Below are positions 9,803 to 20,593 of a stretch of DNA of 21,857 nt, piece by piece; positions within the stretch are counted from its first letter, which is position 1; each line of letters begins with the position of its first letter. Under the pieces are notes generated by a model, which saw only the letters and a list, made by a program, of their open reading frames with translations, did not search any database and had not been told where the DNA came from. The position numbers and the translations under genes are program-made. The DNA is from Ginkgo biloba (Eukaryota; Plantae; Ginkgophyta): the NCBI GenBank assembly GCA_024626585.2, contig JANKJI020000001.1:7641400-7663256 (forward strand). Direction: 5' to 3'.

Positions 9803-11896
9803 TCATTTTAGGCATCTTCTTCTAACAACTACTCCTCCTCCTTTGAGGGCACCAACCTCTATATCTTTTGTTGTGTTACCAATGGGGGGCTCATAACATG
9901 TTCAATCTCCTCTCTTCTTTGTCTTGTTCTTGTATCGAGTGCTCACGGACCCTCCCACCTACTCAAGGATGGAATGCCCACAATGATAGGTTCAATTGTT
10001 GGTTGAAGTTCATCATAGCAAAACTCCATTAAATACAAAGACAATTAAACCCTCTCTAGTGCCCCATAGTGATTTTGTCAAGGCTTTTCTTCACTGAGAC
10101 AAGTAGGTAGCCCACTCATATTTCTCCCCTACCATTACACATTGCAAGTGGAGACCATACAAAATGGAAAGTCATTACATCTCTATACGCCTATCAACCT
10201 ACAACAAATGAGTCCTACAATGTAACAGTCCGTTCCCCTAAACTTGCAAAAACAAGCTTATTAGACTTGCATCTTCAATAAAGAATGCAAAAGAAAGTGA
10301 GACAACTTCAGTCATACACTTAGAGGAAAAAGCAATCATACAATTAGTGTGCAATGACAACACATAATTAACAGTCATTAATTTATGGTTGGAGAAATGT
10401 TAGTGCATCATTTGACAAGTTAGTAGGATAGAGATAGACTAGGGACTATTTGTGGCCAAATATGCAAACACCTTTCGTTGGTCGTGGGGACTGCCTATGG
10501 GCTTGAACAAAGTGGGCAACCAAATCTATGGTGCATAAATGCAACTGTTAGCACCTAGTGGCAATTAATGATCCACCACCCCTCAACCCTTCTTAGTCAA
10601 GGATGCTAGNNNNNNNNNNNNNNNNNNNNNNNNNNNNNNNNNNNNNNNNNNNNNNNNNNNNNNNNNNNNNNNNNNNNNNNNNNNNNNNNNNNNNNNNNNN
10701 NNNNNNNNNNNNNNNNNNNNNNNNNNNNNNNNNNNNNNNNNNNNNNNNNNNNNNNNNNNNNNNNNNNNNNNNNNNNNNNNNNNNNNNNNNNNNNNNNNNN
10801 NNNNNNNNNNNNNNNNNNNNNNNNNNNNNNNNNNNNNNNNNNNNNNNNNNNNNNNNNNNNNNNNNNNNNNNNNNNNNNNNNNNNNNNNNNNNNNNNNNNN
10901 NNNNNNNNNNNNNNNNNNNNNNNNNNNNNNNNNNNNNNNNNNNNNNNNNNNNNNNNNNNNNNNNNNNNNNNNNNNNNNNNNNNNNNNNNNNNNNNNNNNN
11001 NNNNNNNNNNNNNNNNNNNNNNNNNNNNNNNNNNNNNNNNNNNNNNNNNNNNNNNNNNNNNNNNNNNNNNNNNNNNNNNNNNNNNNNNNNNNNNNNNNNN
11101 NNNNNNNNNNNNNNNNNNNNNNNNNNNNNNNNNNNNNNNNNNNNNNNNNNNNNNNNNNNNNNNNNNNNNNNNNNNNNNNNNNNNNNNNNNNNNNNNNNNN
11201 NNNNTCGATTTGTTATTTTTCTACAAGAACTTTTTTTTATTTTTTATTAATGTAAATTAGTCTACTAGATACAACGGTTTTCTTGATTGAATGGCTTGTT
11301 AATAGAGGCTAGATGCCATTTTATGGATATTTAATAGACCTTCAGGTCTTATGCTAAGATGGAGAGTTAATGCTTACAAGACACTTATATGGCTACATAC
11401 CTATAAGCATGTTAATGCTTTATGAGAGGGCTAAATGCCCTATGTGGGGGATGTATTCCTCTAACCACAAGTAGCTTGGATGAACCCGCGAGAAGCTATA
11501 GCAGCATGGGTGGATCTTATATAATGCTCCAAGAAACATGGGTCTATCTTGTATGATGTTGCTAGAAGGGTTCTTTATGTGTAGGGGGAAGGATCCCATA
11601 TAAATGATATAAGGGAGGCACTAATGAACTGTTTATTTTAGCAATGTTCCTAATTGGGTCTTAGGGGATCATCTAGCACATAAAACCCCATTGGTTTTGC
11701 TAAACCATTGGACTCTAGAGCAATGAGTTGGATCATGTCTTAAAGTAGGATTACTCAATAGTTTTGTCTTATTGATCTTCTATACTTTGAGCATGATGTA
11801 GGTTTTGTAGGGATAACTTGAGGAGCCTATATCATAAGAAACTATCTTAGAAGTACTAGACAATTCCATGATGAATTGGGAAGCTCCAATAGGTAG

Positions 11897-12174
11897 CTAA
11901 TCTTCCTCCTTCTCTTCCCTTAATTGTACATATAACAACTCAATGCGCAAAGTAGACACCTCCTTCAATTGATGTTCTTCATTCTCCATTCGTTTCCTTC
12001 TTCAAAGCAATTTCTTGTCGAATGTCACCTTCAAGATGCTCCTCCAAGACACATCAAAGTAATTATGGAAACTACACTTCTTCCCTTCTTTCCTTGATGT
12101 GATTGATAGCCACTTGTTCCACTTTTTGCCTTCTTTTCTCAATGAATCTTGGAATAGTAGCAAGAAACTACTCA
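11897..12174 (-). mobile_element. Degenerate E/K/R-rich coiled-coil-like ORF remnant, likely a retroelement accessory or gag region
   Basis: The minus strand is purine-rich and reads FLATIPRFIEKRRQKVEQVAINHIKERREEV*...LEEHLEGDIRQEIALKK / KRMENEEHQLKEVSTLRIELLYVQLREEKEED*, with stops and a frameshift. Confidence 0.3.
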
Positions 12175-13170
12175 NNNNNNNNNNNNNGGCATCAAAGGCA
12201 ACATCAACTTGGTGACCTCTCTAAATTCTATGCTCAACTCCCTCCAGAATGTTATCTTTGATGGCTTGATTCCAAAAAATAATGACTTCTCCTTCTTCTT
12301 ACCTATAGACGGCGCAAAAAATATAAAAGAATGGGGATGTCTATTAGTTTTTCCTTGGTCGGTCTTTGTAAAGACTTCTCTAACGATCCTCTCTTNNNNN
12401 NNNNNNNNNNNNNNNNNNNNNNNNNNNNNNNNNNNNNNNNTATTCCCCTCTTAGCCTCAATCCTACATGTTGTCACCATTCAGCATTGTACAAGTCCATG
12501 ATATCTGAAACCGATAAAGATGCTAGATGTTAATCTAATTTCCCACTAATTTCCAGGTTACAGGTATAGATAACATTGAATCAAGAGCATGTTGTGGGTG
12601 TGAGGGAAGAGACACTCATTGCATAAACACAAAGAGATGCACATTATATGGACTTCATGCATTTTGTTCATAAGAGAATGTATCAGGCTACTTGCTGCAA
12701 ATATGTGTAAGCCAANNNNNNNNNNTAGTGGTTAACCAAAAACTGTGGAGGGGTCCTTTTGGAGGAAGGCACATCCTTGTACAAAGGTGGGTAGTTTTGT
12801 CCCTTACACAACTCTCCAACCATCCCTGTAATTTCCTCCAATAATGATGATACAAAGTGGGGAAACTCCTAACAAAACTTTGTCTCACGAGTCCTGATTA
12901 CATTATTATGCTATCACAATATAAAATAATCTACAAAGAATAGAATAATAGATACCTAGCTACATTGTATGTTTGCTACACTAAGAAATGTTTGAGCATG
13001 CATCTTTAGATATTTCCATTAAAATTTACAAATTTTGGCTATTGAAGGCTTTCATATGGTAATAAGTTACTATCCAAATTTGAAGGAAGGTATTAGGCAT
13101 ATAGATGTCATCTTGGAAAGCATCCCAATTCTTTTCATTACAAATTCTAGGACATAATTCCACATGTCAC

Positions 13171-13283
13171 CTGGCGGAGAGATTGTATTGTCCAAAACAG
13201 AAGGTATTGTCATCTCAATCAGAGGTCTTCGTGAAGGATACCCATTCCAAGCATCTCTACATGCCATATCAATTTCCTCCATA
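13171..13283 (-). CDS. PYROXD2: Internal exon (113 bp) of a PYROXD2-like pyridine nucleotide-disulfide oxidoreductase / phytoene dehydrogenase-family gene
   Basis: Encodes (S)MEEIDMACRDAWNGYPSRRPLIEMTIPSVLDNTISPP(G), matching the recalled plant PYROXD2 motif 'SMEEI..AC.DA.NG.PSRRP.IEMTIPS.LD.TISPPG'. The acceptor on the minus strand is ttctttctttttttaaattgaatacag|T (AG at 13285-13284, phase 2). The donor is CCAG|gtgaca (GT at 13170-13169, phase 1). Confidence 0.92.
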
Positions 13284-14131
13284 CTGTATTCAATTTAAAA
13301 AAAGAAAGAATTCAGCCATACTCCAACATCAATATAATGAAAATTCATAATTAAAAAAACTAAAGACTATTTCATGTGAGCCCAACCTACCATATTATGT
13401 ATAGGTTAAAGTAATTACATGGTAGTAACTCTAAATATTCCCACAAATCCTTAAAGTTCAAGCGATGAGAAACAAACACTTTAACCACACTAGCAAGCAA
13501 ACTCAACCTATTTGCTAGATATGGAATAGAAGACCGTGTTGCCATGATGTAGTTCAAGAGGCTTGCTTGCCCATAAAATATTAGACAAGACCAATTATCT
13601 TGAATGCACAACATGGTATCAAAAATAGAAAACAAAGTGGTAAATTTAACAACATATTCTTTAAACGATGAGAAATTTGAAAAGTTGATTTGACACTTCT
13701 CATCCTTACACTTCATGAAAATGATAATTGTACCAAACATTTAAAAAAATATTTAGACAAATAGCCTATGTAGTAATATTTGGAGAGAGTAATTGTTAAT
13801 TTAAATATTCATACATCCAATGTATTATTTTTTAAAAAGTGAACACTTTCATAAATAAAACTTCAAGCTGTCACTAACCTACACTTTTGTGCAACATAAG
13901 AACTCAACAAGTGTCCGTTAAGCATTAGTACAACATAAACAAGTGTTTCATGGTCTAGTGTCATGCCCTAAAGGAATTAGGTGTAGGTATGCTAGTACTA
14001 GGAATAACAACAATCATGGGGTGCAACTCTTCCATTGTTGTTGTCAAAACAACCATCAACGGGTTTATGAAAATGGTTGCTAGGACAAATGCTTTGGTTG
14101 ATTCAATGAATCACTCAATCAAATTTTGACA

Positions 14132-15396
14132 TCTCTCATACCAAGATTTGTTCCCATGGAAGCATCCCTTGCCATTACAAGGTAGCAATCAACAATGTAG
14201 GTTCATTAGCACAACAAGGTTGATCCAACAATCCCTTTAAGCGCAAGGCGCCTCCATTCCCAAATAGGTGGATTCAACAAAGTGCAAGGAATCTCCACTC
14301 CACAATAGGTTATAGAAGCACGGCCCCTAAATTCACAACAAGATTTCATCATTCCAAGAAATGGATTTAACTTACTAGTCCTTTTGGCGAGTCAGTTAGA
14401 TACTGACAACACATATACATTACTTAGAAGTATATATATTGCAAAGAATGAAGAAGATTCTTAGATTAAGAGGTGATGTGGAGGCCATGTAGGAAAAGAT
14501 GTTCATGTTTGCTTAGAAGGATGAGAAAATGATTGCAAGACTTAGAAATAACATTTCAAGGGTCTAAATATGAGCCTTAGCTTTAAATAAAGAAAATATT
14601 TAGAGTCTGAGACCAAAAAGGAATTAATGACTTTAATGGAGAATGTAATTCTATGGAATTTATGACTTCTTTGCCAAGAACTCACAAGTATCATGGCAGA
14701 CTTTGTTATGGATTGACTAACAAATATGCATAGATTTACTCCTTATAATATGGCATACAAAAGGCTAGATATTGTTAGGATAACTAAAAATAAGATTTTT
14801 ATGATATATGGTGTGCCCAAATCAATGGTATGAGATGATGATGCAAAGTTTATTAACAATTAAGGAAGAATTTCTTATAGGCATTGGCGACGACACTAAT
14901 ATATGCCCTTAGAACAAAATTTTTTGTTCTTCTTTGTTAGTTCTCTCTCTAAGTTACTACCACATGCATTAAAAGTTCATGAATGTATTTAAGGTAGCTT
15001 CGAGGTCTATTTATAGTTGGCAAACCTCAATATGCAGGCCCCTAGAAGACCTCCCTAGCTTCTAGGTGACCTTTGGCTCTTGTCTCAATAGATGTGACTT
15101 TTTTCTTGGGTTAGCTAGGTAGTCACTTGGATATAATCTCTCTCAAATATTTCTCTTTAATTACTCCTAATATTTAATAGGTAGGTTACTTATATATTCA
15201 TACATAGAACAATGTGCATTCCATCATAATATTGCATCACCTATCATCCTCATCTTTATAAATAAAATATTTTTCTCATTAGAACATCATTAAACCCCAA
15301 AGTATATATTGAATCCCGCCATCTAAGATTTATTTATAGATCATTATGGTTGGTCTAGAATAGAGTCATTGTTTAGAATGAGGAGGTGACATTATA
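14132..15396 (-). mobile_element. Possible decayed 5' LTR plus PBS on the minus strand, interrupted by an integrase fragment
   Basis: The minus strand starts TATAATGTCACC at 15396 (one change from a TGTAATGTC terminus). It has a TATA-like CTATAAATAG at 15016-15007 and a PBS-like TGGTATGAGAGA at 14143-14132 (10/12 to TGGTATCAGAGC). The terminal CA spacing is non-canonical. Confidence 0.38.
14638..14898 (+). mobile_element. Decayed Ty3/gypsy integrase catalytic core (rve) fragment
   Basis: Reads GECNSMEFMTSLPRTHKYHGR / FVMD*LTNMHRFTPYNMAYKRLDIVRITKNKIFMIYGVPKSMV*DDDAKFINN* / ALATTL. This follows the consensus WE.ISMDF.T.LPRT..G...IFVVVDRLTK.AHF.P...HG.PKSIVSDRD.KF..LGT.L, with two frameshifts. 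Confidence 0.85.
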
Positions 15397-15580
15397 AAGG
15401 ATTTGGTTCGAAGTTATATAACAACTTATAGATTTTATTGGATCTATAATTCCTAAAGAAAAAGAACTATAGATCATATATACTATTATAAATATTTATA
15501 TATGTAAATAACTTGGTAGATAAGCACTATTCAAATCAAAGAAACTAATTCCTTAACTCCCTAAGAGAATTTTAGACATC

Positions 15581-15965
15581 ATTCTAGAAGGATTTTGGAA
15601 ATTATGCTTTGATGGAACCTCCAAAAAAAACCCTAGGAAAGTTGGATCTAAGGGCTACTGTACAACCAAGACCAATCATGGTCCTTAGAATATTTGGAAG
15701 GTATGGGAATAAACTTAATAAATAAGGGTGAATATAAGGCTCTAATAAGGGGACTAAAACTAACCTTATAGTATGTTGTGAAGAAGTTTCTAAACCAAAG
15801 TAATTCAAACTTCATGTATAAAATGTTGAAAAGGAATTATGTGTTAAGAATTATGATATTTGTATTTTATAAATGAATGCTTAATTTTAGCTTCAAAATT
15901 GGAATAATGGTAAAATTAAACATATATATAAAGGTAAAAGTTACCTAGTAGATGTAATGTTAAAG
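15581..15965 (+). mobile_element. Decayed retroelement RNase H (LINE-type or archaeal-like RNase HI)
   Basis: Reads ILEGFWKLCFDGTSKKNPRKVGSKG / EYLEGMGINLINKGEYKALIRGLKLTL*YVVKKFLNQSNSNFMYKMLK / IKHIYKGKSYLVDVMLK, matching W.L.FDGASKGNPG..G / NN.AEY.AL..GL..A / GDS / HI.RE.N..AD.LAK. Confidence 0.8.
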
Positions 15966-16220
15966 GAGGAAACCTATATGCTCTTCTCTGATCTCTAATT
16001 ATAAGGACTAGATAATAATCAATTAGGAAATATTATAGGTATTTAGAGATTTTGTCATTCTCATAATGTTATCTCTTTCTTATACCATATGAATTTGGTA
16101 TAAATTTTAATATGAAATAGTTAACATATTATATTATTTCATGGGAAATATGATGGATTCTAGATGTCCAACTTGTAATATTTTGTATCATAATTAAAAA
16201 ATTTTAGGTTTTCAAAAGAA

Positions 16221-16590
16221 ACTATACAATTCACTTATGAAACTATTTTAATCTATTGTAATACTATTCAAATATATTAAAAACTCATACCAATCTATTA
16301 TGAATTTATACAAATCTATTATAACACTATGCAAATCTAATATGGATCTAATCAAATCTATTGTAAATCTATAAATGTTCTATAGTAATACCCTACAAAT
16401 CTATTAAAAGTATATAAAATTATTATAACTCTATATAAATATTTTATAAACTATACATATCTATACAAATATATTATAACATTAGAAAAAACTATTGTAA
16501 GACTATACAAACCCATTTTAAATATATATAAATTTAATGTAACACTTTATAAATCATTAATAAAAATATACAAATATACTATAAAATTGT
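16221..16590. repeat. Degenerate AT-rich minisatellite, about 21-bp unit, about 17 copies
   Basis: Successive units include tttatacaaatctattataac, actatgcaaatctaatatgga, tctaatcaaatctattgtaaa, accctacaaatctattaaaa and ctatacaaatatattataac. The consensus is about ACTATACAAATCTATTATAAC. Confidence 0.85.
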
Positions 16591-19398
16591 GTGGTTCTCC
16601 AATGTAGAATAAAATTTCATTCTTCATACATTAAATTATCATCCATTTGTAATGCCAAACTAGTAGGTATTATTAAATGAGAGTAGGGGCAACACAGAAC
16701 NNNNNNNNNNNNNNNNNNNNNNNNNNNNNNNNNNNNNNNNNNNNNNNNNNNNNNNNNNNNNNNNNNNNNNNNNNNNNNNNNNNNNNNNNNNNNNNNNNNN
16801 CCAAGAACTAGCTTTTATTGGGGCTTTTTGGGCTATGGGAGACCTTAGAAGGGTAATGTATGCCTCCTACGAGTAAAATGATGCTCTCTAAGGGTCATTT
16901 TGACATAGTTTAGTAGCCATTTCTCAAGAGGACTATGGTTGCAGGTTCACTTATTGACGATTCTAGCTTGACGCATGCAAAGGTGTCTCAAAATTGAGGT
17001 TTCATCGGGTAAGTAAACNNNNNNNNNNNNNNNNNNNNNNNNNNNNNNNNNGCATGCTTATGGTTGTAATATCAAATTCCAAATATATCTTTCCATTTAA
17101 ATTACATGAAAAGAACGCTAGGGAGAGGACATATACCTTGAAGTAGTCCTCAGGAGTTTTATGTTGAAATATGATTGTGTAGGGTTAAAATGCATGCTTT
17201 TAAAAGCCTAGCTAACTTGTCTATATGCATGCAAGCTGACTTTTACCCTATCCCATGTTAAACCTTGGATTCTTATCATAAGGTGGCATAAGGAGTAGTG
17301 GAAATCCATTGGACGAGTTTATGCTCGATTGTTTTATGTTGTTTACATGTCATTCTTGTAAGCTAGCAAATTGGTACTATTTATGGATATTGGGTTGAGA
17401 AGATACCCACTGAACTGTTAGTCATAGGGTTTACGAGGATACGCATATATGATGGATGGCTATTAGGTTGAAATGATACTCAATGAATTGTTAGTAATCG
17501 ATACCATAAACTAATATAAATGATTTGAAAGGATACCTACAGTTAAAGTACCATGAATTAACATAGATATGTTTCCTAGATAGTGGCAGATCCTTCTTAG
17601 CTCTGATGGCCAAAAGGTATTTAGTTGTAAAAGAGGGGTTGAAAAGATACATATAGCCTTGCACCATTATTATAGTTGGGTGAAGAGGTGGAGTCTAGCA
17701 AAGCAATCATTGTTGCTAGGCAGTCGCAGGGGAATGCAATCAAAGGTTTGGCCATAAACACAATAAGTCCTTAAAAGTTGTCCCCAAGGCCAACAATGGA
17801 GGTTGCACCCTTAAGTCACTTTCCCCTAGATTAACAACACTACCTATGTATGTATGATTGTGTTATAAAACCATAACACTGTAATAGGCACTTCTTGAGC
17901 ATGGTTATCTCCTAGGGACAAGTAGTAGAGCTATTACATGTTGTACTTGTGGGTCCCATCATGGCCTCTAAGATTGCTTCTTGAACCTCCAATGTTCTCT
18001 TGACCACTCTTCAAACTTGTCTAAGGTAACTCCTTTACATTTTTTTCAAGTTTTCTTGCATATCTATCTACTATAACATCTCTCTCACCTTTAGGAGATT
18101 ATTGTCTTCAATGATACCTACCTCTTTAGCAAAAGTTGTTGATTCTTATGTGGCTTTGTCCAATGTCTTATTTCAACATTCCACCAAGTTTTTCTTATTT
18201 CTTTGTTACAGAGAATTTTGCTACTTTCCTCTAAGATTTTTACTAGATTGCAATATACTTATTACGTGTCTTGGACAGCCACATATGTTGGCAAGTTGTT
18301 GTAGAANNNNNNNNNNNNNNNNNNNNNNNNNNNNNNNNNNNNNNNNNNNNNNNNNNNNNNNNNNNNNNNNNNNNNNNNNNNNNNNNNNNNNNNNNNNNNN
18401 NNNNNNACCTCTAAGGGTTAGCTACAGGTATCATACTCAACACTTTTCTCCCCTTTGTTGGGCCAATTTCTTCCCGGGTCCTTCTTCTCTGCTCCTCTGC
18501 CCTTGGTCTCCTTGCGGGGCTTCACGTTTTCTTTCCACTATGGCTATTCCCGGCAGCCTGTGCCGGCGTCTCTACCTCATGAGGTTCATGCTACCTAGAC
18601 TCCACTACTCTAGGCTCTTACAAGCAAATTTTGTCTTCTCTCAAGACTGTAATCCCTCTCTCTGTAACGACTGTTATAGAGTAGCTATTTTCCTATTTCT
18701 ATGTACTTGCCTCGACAAATCTTTGTAAATATTTTTCTCTAATACAAATACTCACTTTTTTAATTAAAAAAAAAGAGAATATTCTATTTGAATTTTTTGT
18801 TAATTTCTTAAGTTTCGAAACTTTAGAAAAATGGAACTTTTTTTGTAACGGTTATCGAATTTGATAATTTTTTCTCGTCGGGTCGATTTTCGAAAATTTT
18901 TAATCGCCAGGTCAATTTTCAAAATTTTTTGCATGTTGGCAAGGGTCCTCTCTGGATTCGTTGCAATATTTGTGTGTTGTAGGGGCTGGAAGCTGTTATG
19001 CTTTTGTTGGAGATGTAGGGCCCACAAATGGGCTGTGGCGTTGCGCAGGTGGACAAAACAGGTATCGCATGGTGACAATGGGATGCGAGGCTCGCAAGGT
19101 AGTGGGTGCCATGCGAGGAGGGCTGCCAGGTGAGGAGAACAGGGTTTGGGGGTTGTGGGGCGGCTGTGGGCGCCAAACAGAGAAGCACCAGTGTGCAGGG
19201 CCCAGGTTGGGTTGTGGCGCCGTGAGGAGGTCTGCTAACAAGGATTAAGGACCCCCTCCCGGCCCGATGCTAGGAGCAACTAGGCACTATTGCAAAGACA
19301 CCACTGGAGCCACCTGCACGAGAGACAATGGGAGCCACCTCAACAACTAGGAGTTGGACACCCAAGCAAAACCTCAAAAGAACCACTAGAAAGAAAGG

Positions 19399-19680
19399 AA
19401 AACCAGTGACCCAAACTAGGGCGCCTAAAACCAGTGACCCGAAATGCTCTTTCAAATGGAGATCAATTGTCCTTGTAGCAACTCGAAATGGATACGGGTA
19501 AAGGAGCCATGGGATGGGAGGAAGCCGCCAGGAGAGAAACCGATGCACAGTGAGAAACCCCTAAAGGAAACCATGGTTTGAAACCGCCAATAAGTGAAGA
19601 AACTAGAGGAGAACCGTTGCATAGTGAGAAACCACCAAAGGAAACCCTGTCACAAATAAAACCGCTAAGGAAACTCTCCA
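19399..19680. repeat. Direct repeats in the retrotransposon leader
   Basis: aaaaccagtgaccc occurs at 19399-19412 and 19427-19440. An imperfect tandem unit of about 75 bp occurs at 19531-19605 and 19606-19680 (aaccg[a/t]tgca[c/t]agtgagaaacc...aaaggaaacc...aaaccgc). Confidence 0.8.
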
Positions 19681-19760
19681 AAATCTACCTGAAGAGATGA
19701 AACCCAAAGGCTTTAACTAGAAATCACCTGTGATGGAAGGTGGTTTTGAGAACCAATTTT

Positions 19761-19773
19761 GGCTCTGATACTA
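19761..19773 (-). promoter_or_regulatory. Primer-binding site for initiator tRNA-Met
   Basis: The minus strand TAGTATCAGAGCC matches the canonical TGGTATCAGAGCC at 12/13 and lies 2 nt after ...CA. Confidence 0.82.
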
Positions 19774-20593
19774 ATTGGTGTGAGCTCGAGGAGCCACACG
19801 TTGAACACTAAACGGATCGGATGAGTCAGGTGAGGGAACCTACAAATAAAGAGGCAAACTAGTGGACAGCTAAATTGCCAAGAAACCCTAGGAGAGAAGC
19901 AACTCAAATGCTTGTTGTATTCATAAAAGGAACTCACTCTTTTATAATTGATAAAACAAATAAAACTATTCACCTTTACAAATGTGGGATTTACCCTTTT
20001 AGGTGAAAGTCAAAATNNNNNNNNNNNNNNNNNNNNNNNNNNNNNNNNNNNNNNNNNNNNNNNNNNNNNNNNNNNNNNNNNNNNNNNNNNNNNNNNNNNN
20101 NNNNNNNNNNNNNNNNNNNNNNNNNNNNNNNNNNNNNNNNNNNNNNNNNNNNNNNNNNNNNNNNNNNNNNNNNNNNNNNNNNNNNNNNNNNNNNNNNNNN
20201 NNNNNNNNNNNNNNNNNNNNNNNNNNNNNNNNNNNNNNNNNNNNNNNNNNNNNNNNNNNNNNNNNNNNNNNNNNNNNNNNNNNNNNNNNNNNNNNNNNNN
20301 NNNNNNNNNNNNNNNNNNNNNNNNNNNNNNNNNNNNNNNNNNNNNNNNNNNNNNNNNNNNNNNNNNNNNNNNNNNNNNNNNNNNNNNNNNNNNNNNNNNN
20401 NNNNNNNNNNNNNNNNNNNNNNNNNNNNNNNNNNNNNNNNNNNNNNNNNNNNNNNNNNNNNNNNNNNNNNNNNNNNNNNNNNNNNNNNNNNNNNNNNNNN
20501 NNNNNNNNNNNNNNNNNNNNNNNNNNNNNNNNNNNNNNNNNNNNNNNNNNNNNNNNNNNNNNNNNNNNNNNNNNNNNNNNNNNNNNNNNNNNN

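Larger units (their letters stand above)
8381..13170 (-). other. GT-AG intron (about 4.8 kb including gaps) between the two PYROXD2-like exons
   Basis: Bounded by GT at 13170 and AG at 8382-8381, with phase-compatible exons on either side. Contains TE remnants and N gaps, so the true length is uncertain. Confidence 0.88.
18407..20016 (-). mobile_element. 5' portion of an LTR retrotransposon on the minus strand: LTR (gap to 19776), PBS, then a repeat-rich leader
   Basis: LTR terminal CA (TG at 19776-19777 on +), a 2-nt spacer, then the PBS at 19773-19761. TATA-like TATAAAAG lies near 19945 (minus). The leader has direct repeats, GC- and CpG-rich segments and TTTCGAAA motifs. The superfamily cannot be determined. 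Confidence 0.72.

Noticed and set aside
12477-12504. Possible 28-nt cryptic or poison exon on the minus strand (tttcag|ATATC...GAATG|gtgaca)
   Set aside because: Splice-like words are common by chance in AT-rich introns, and there is no conservation or transcript evidence.
13070-13170. C-terminal half of the 70-aa ORF 13070..13282
   Set aside because: Read-through into the intron beyond the CAG|GT donor; similarity to PYROXD2 stops at PPG.
17850-18306. Possible gag remnant on the minus strand (TLDKAT*ES..., LQCYGFITQSYIHR*C)
   Set aside because: Motifs are too degraded to support a call without an HMM search.
18800-19973. Cluster of overlapping 70-95 aa ORFs on both strands
   Set aside because: Expected by chance in the GC-rich retrotransposon leader; no recognisable domains.
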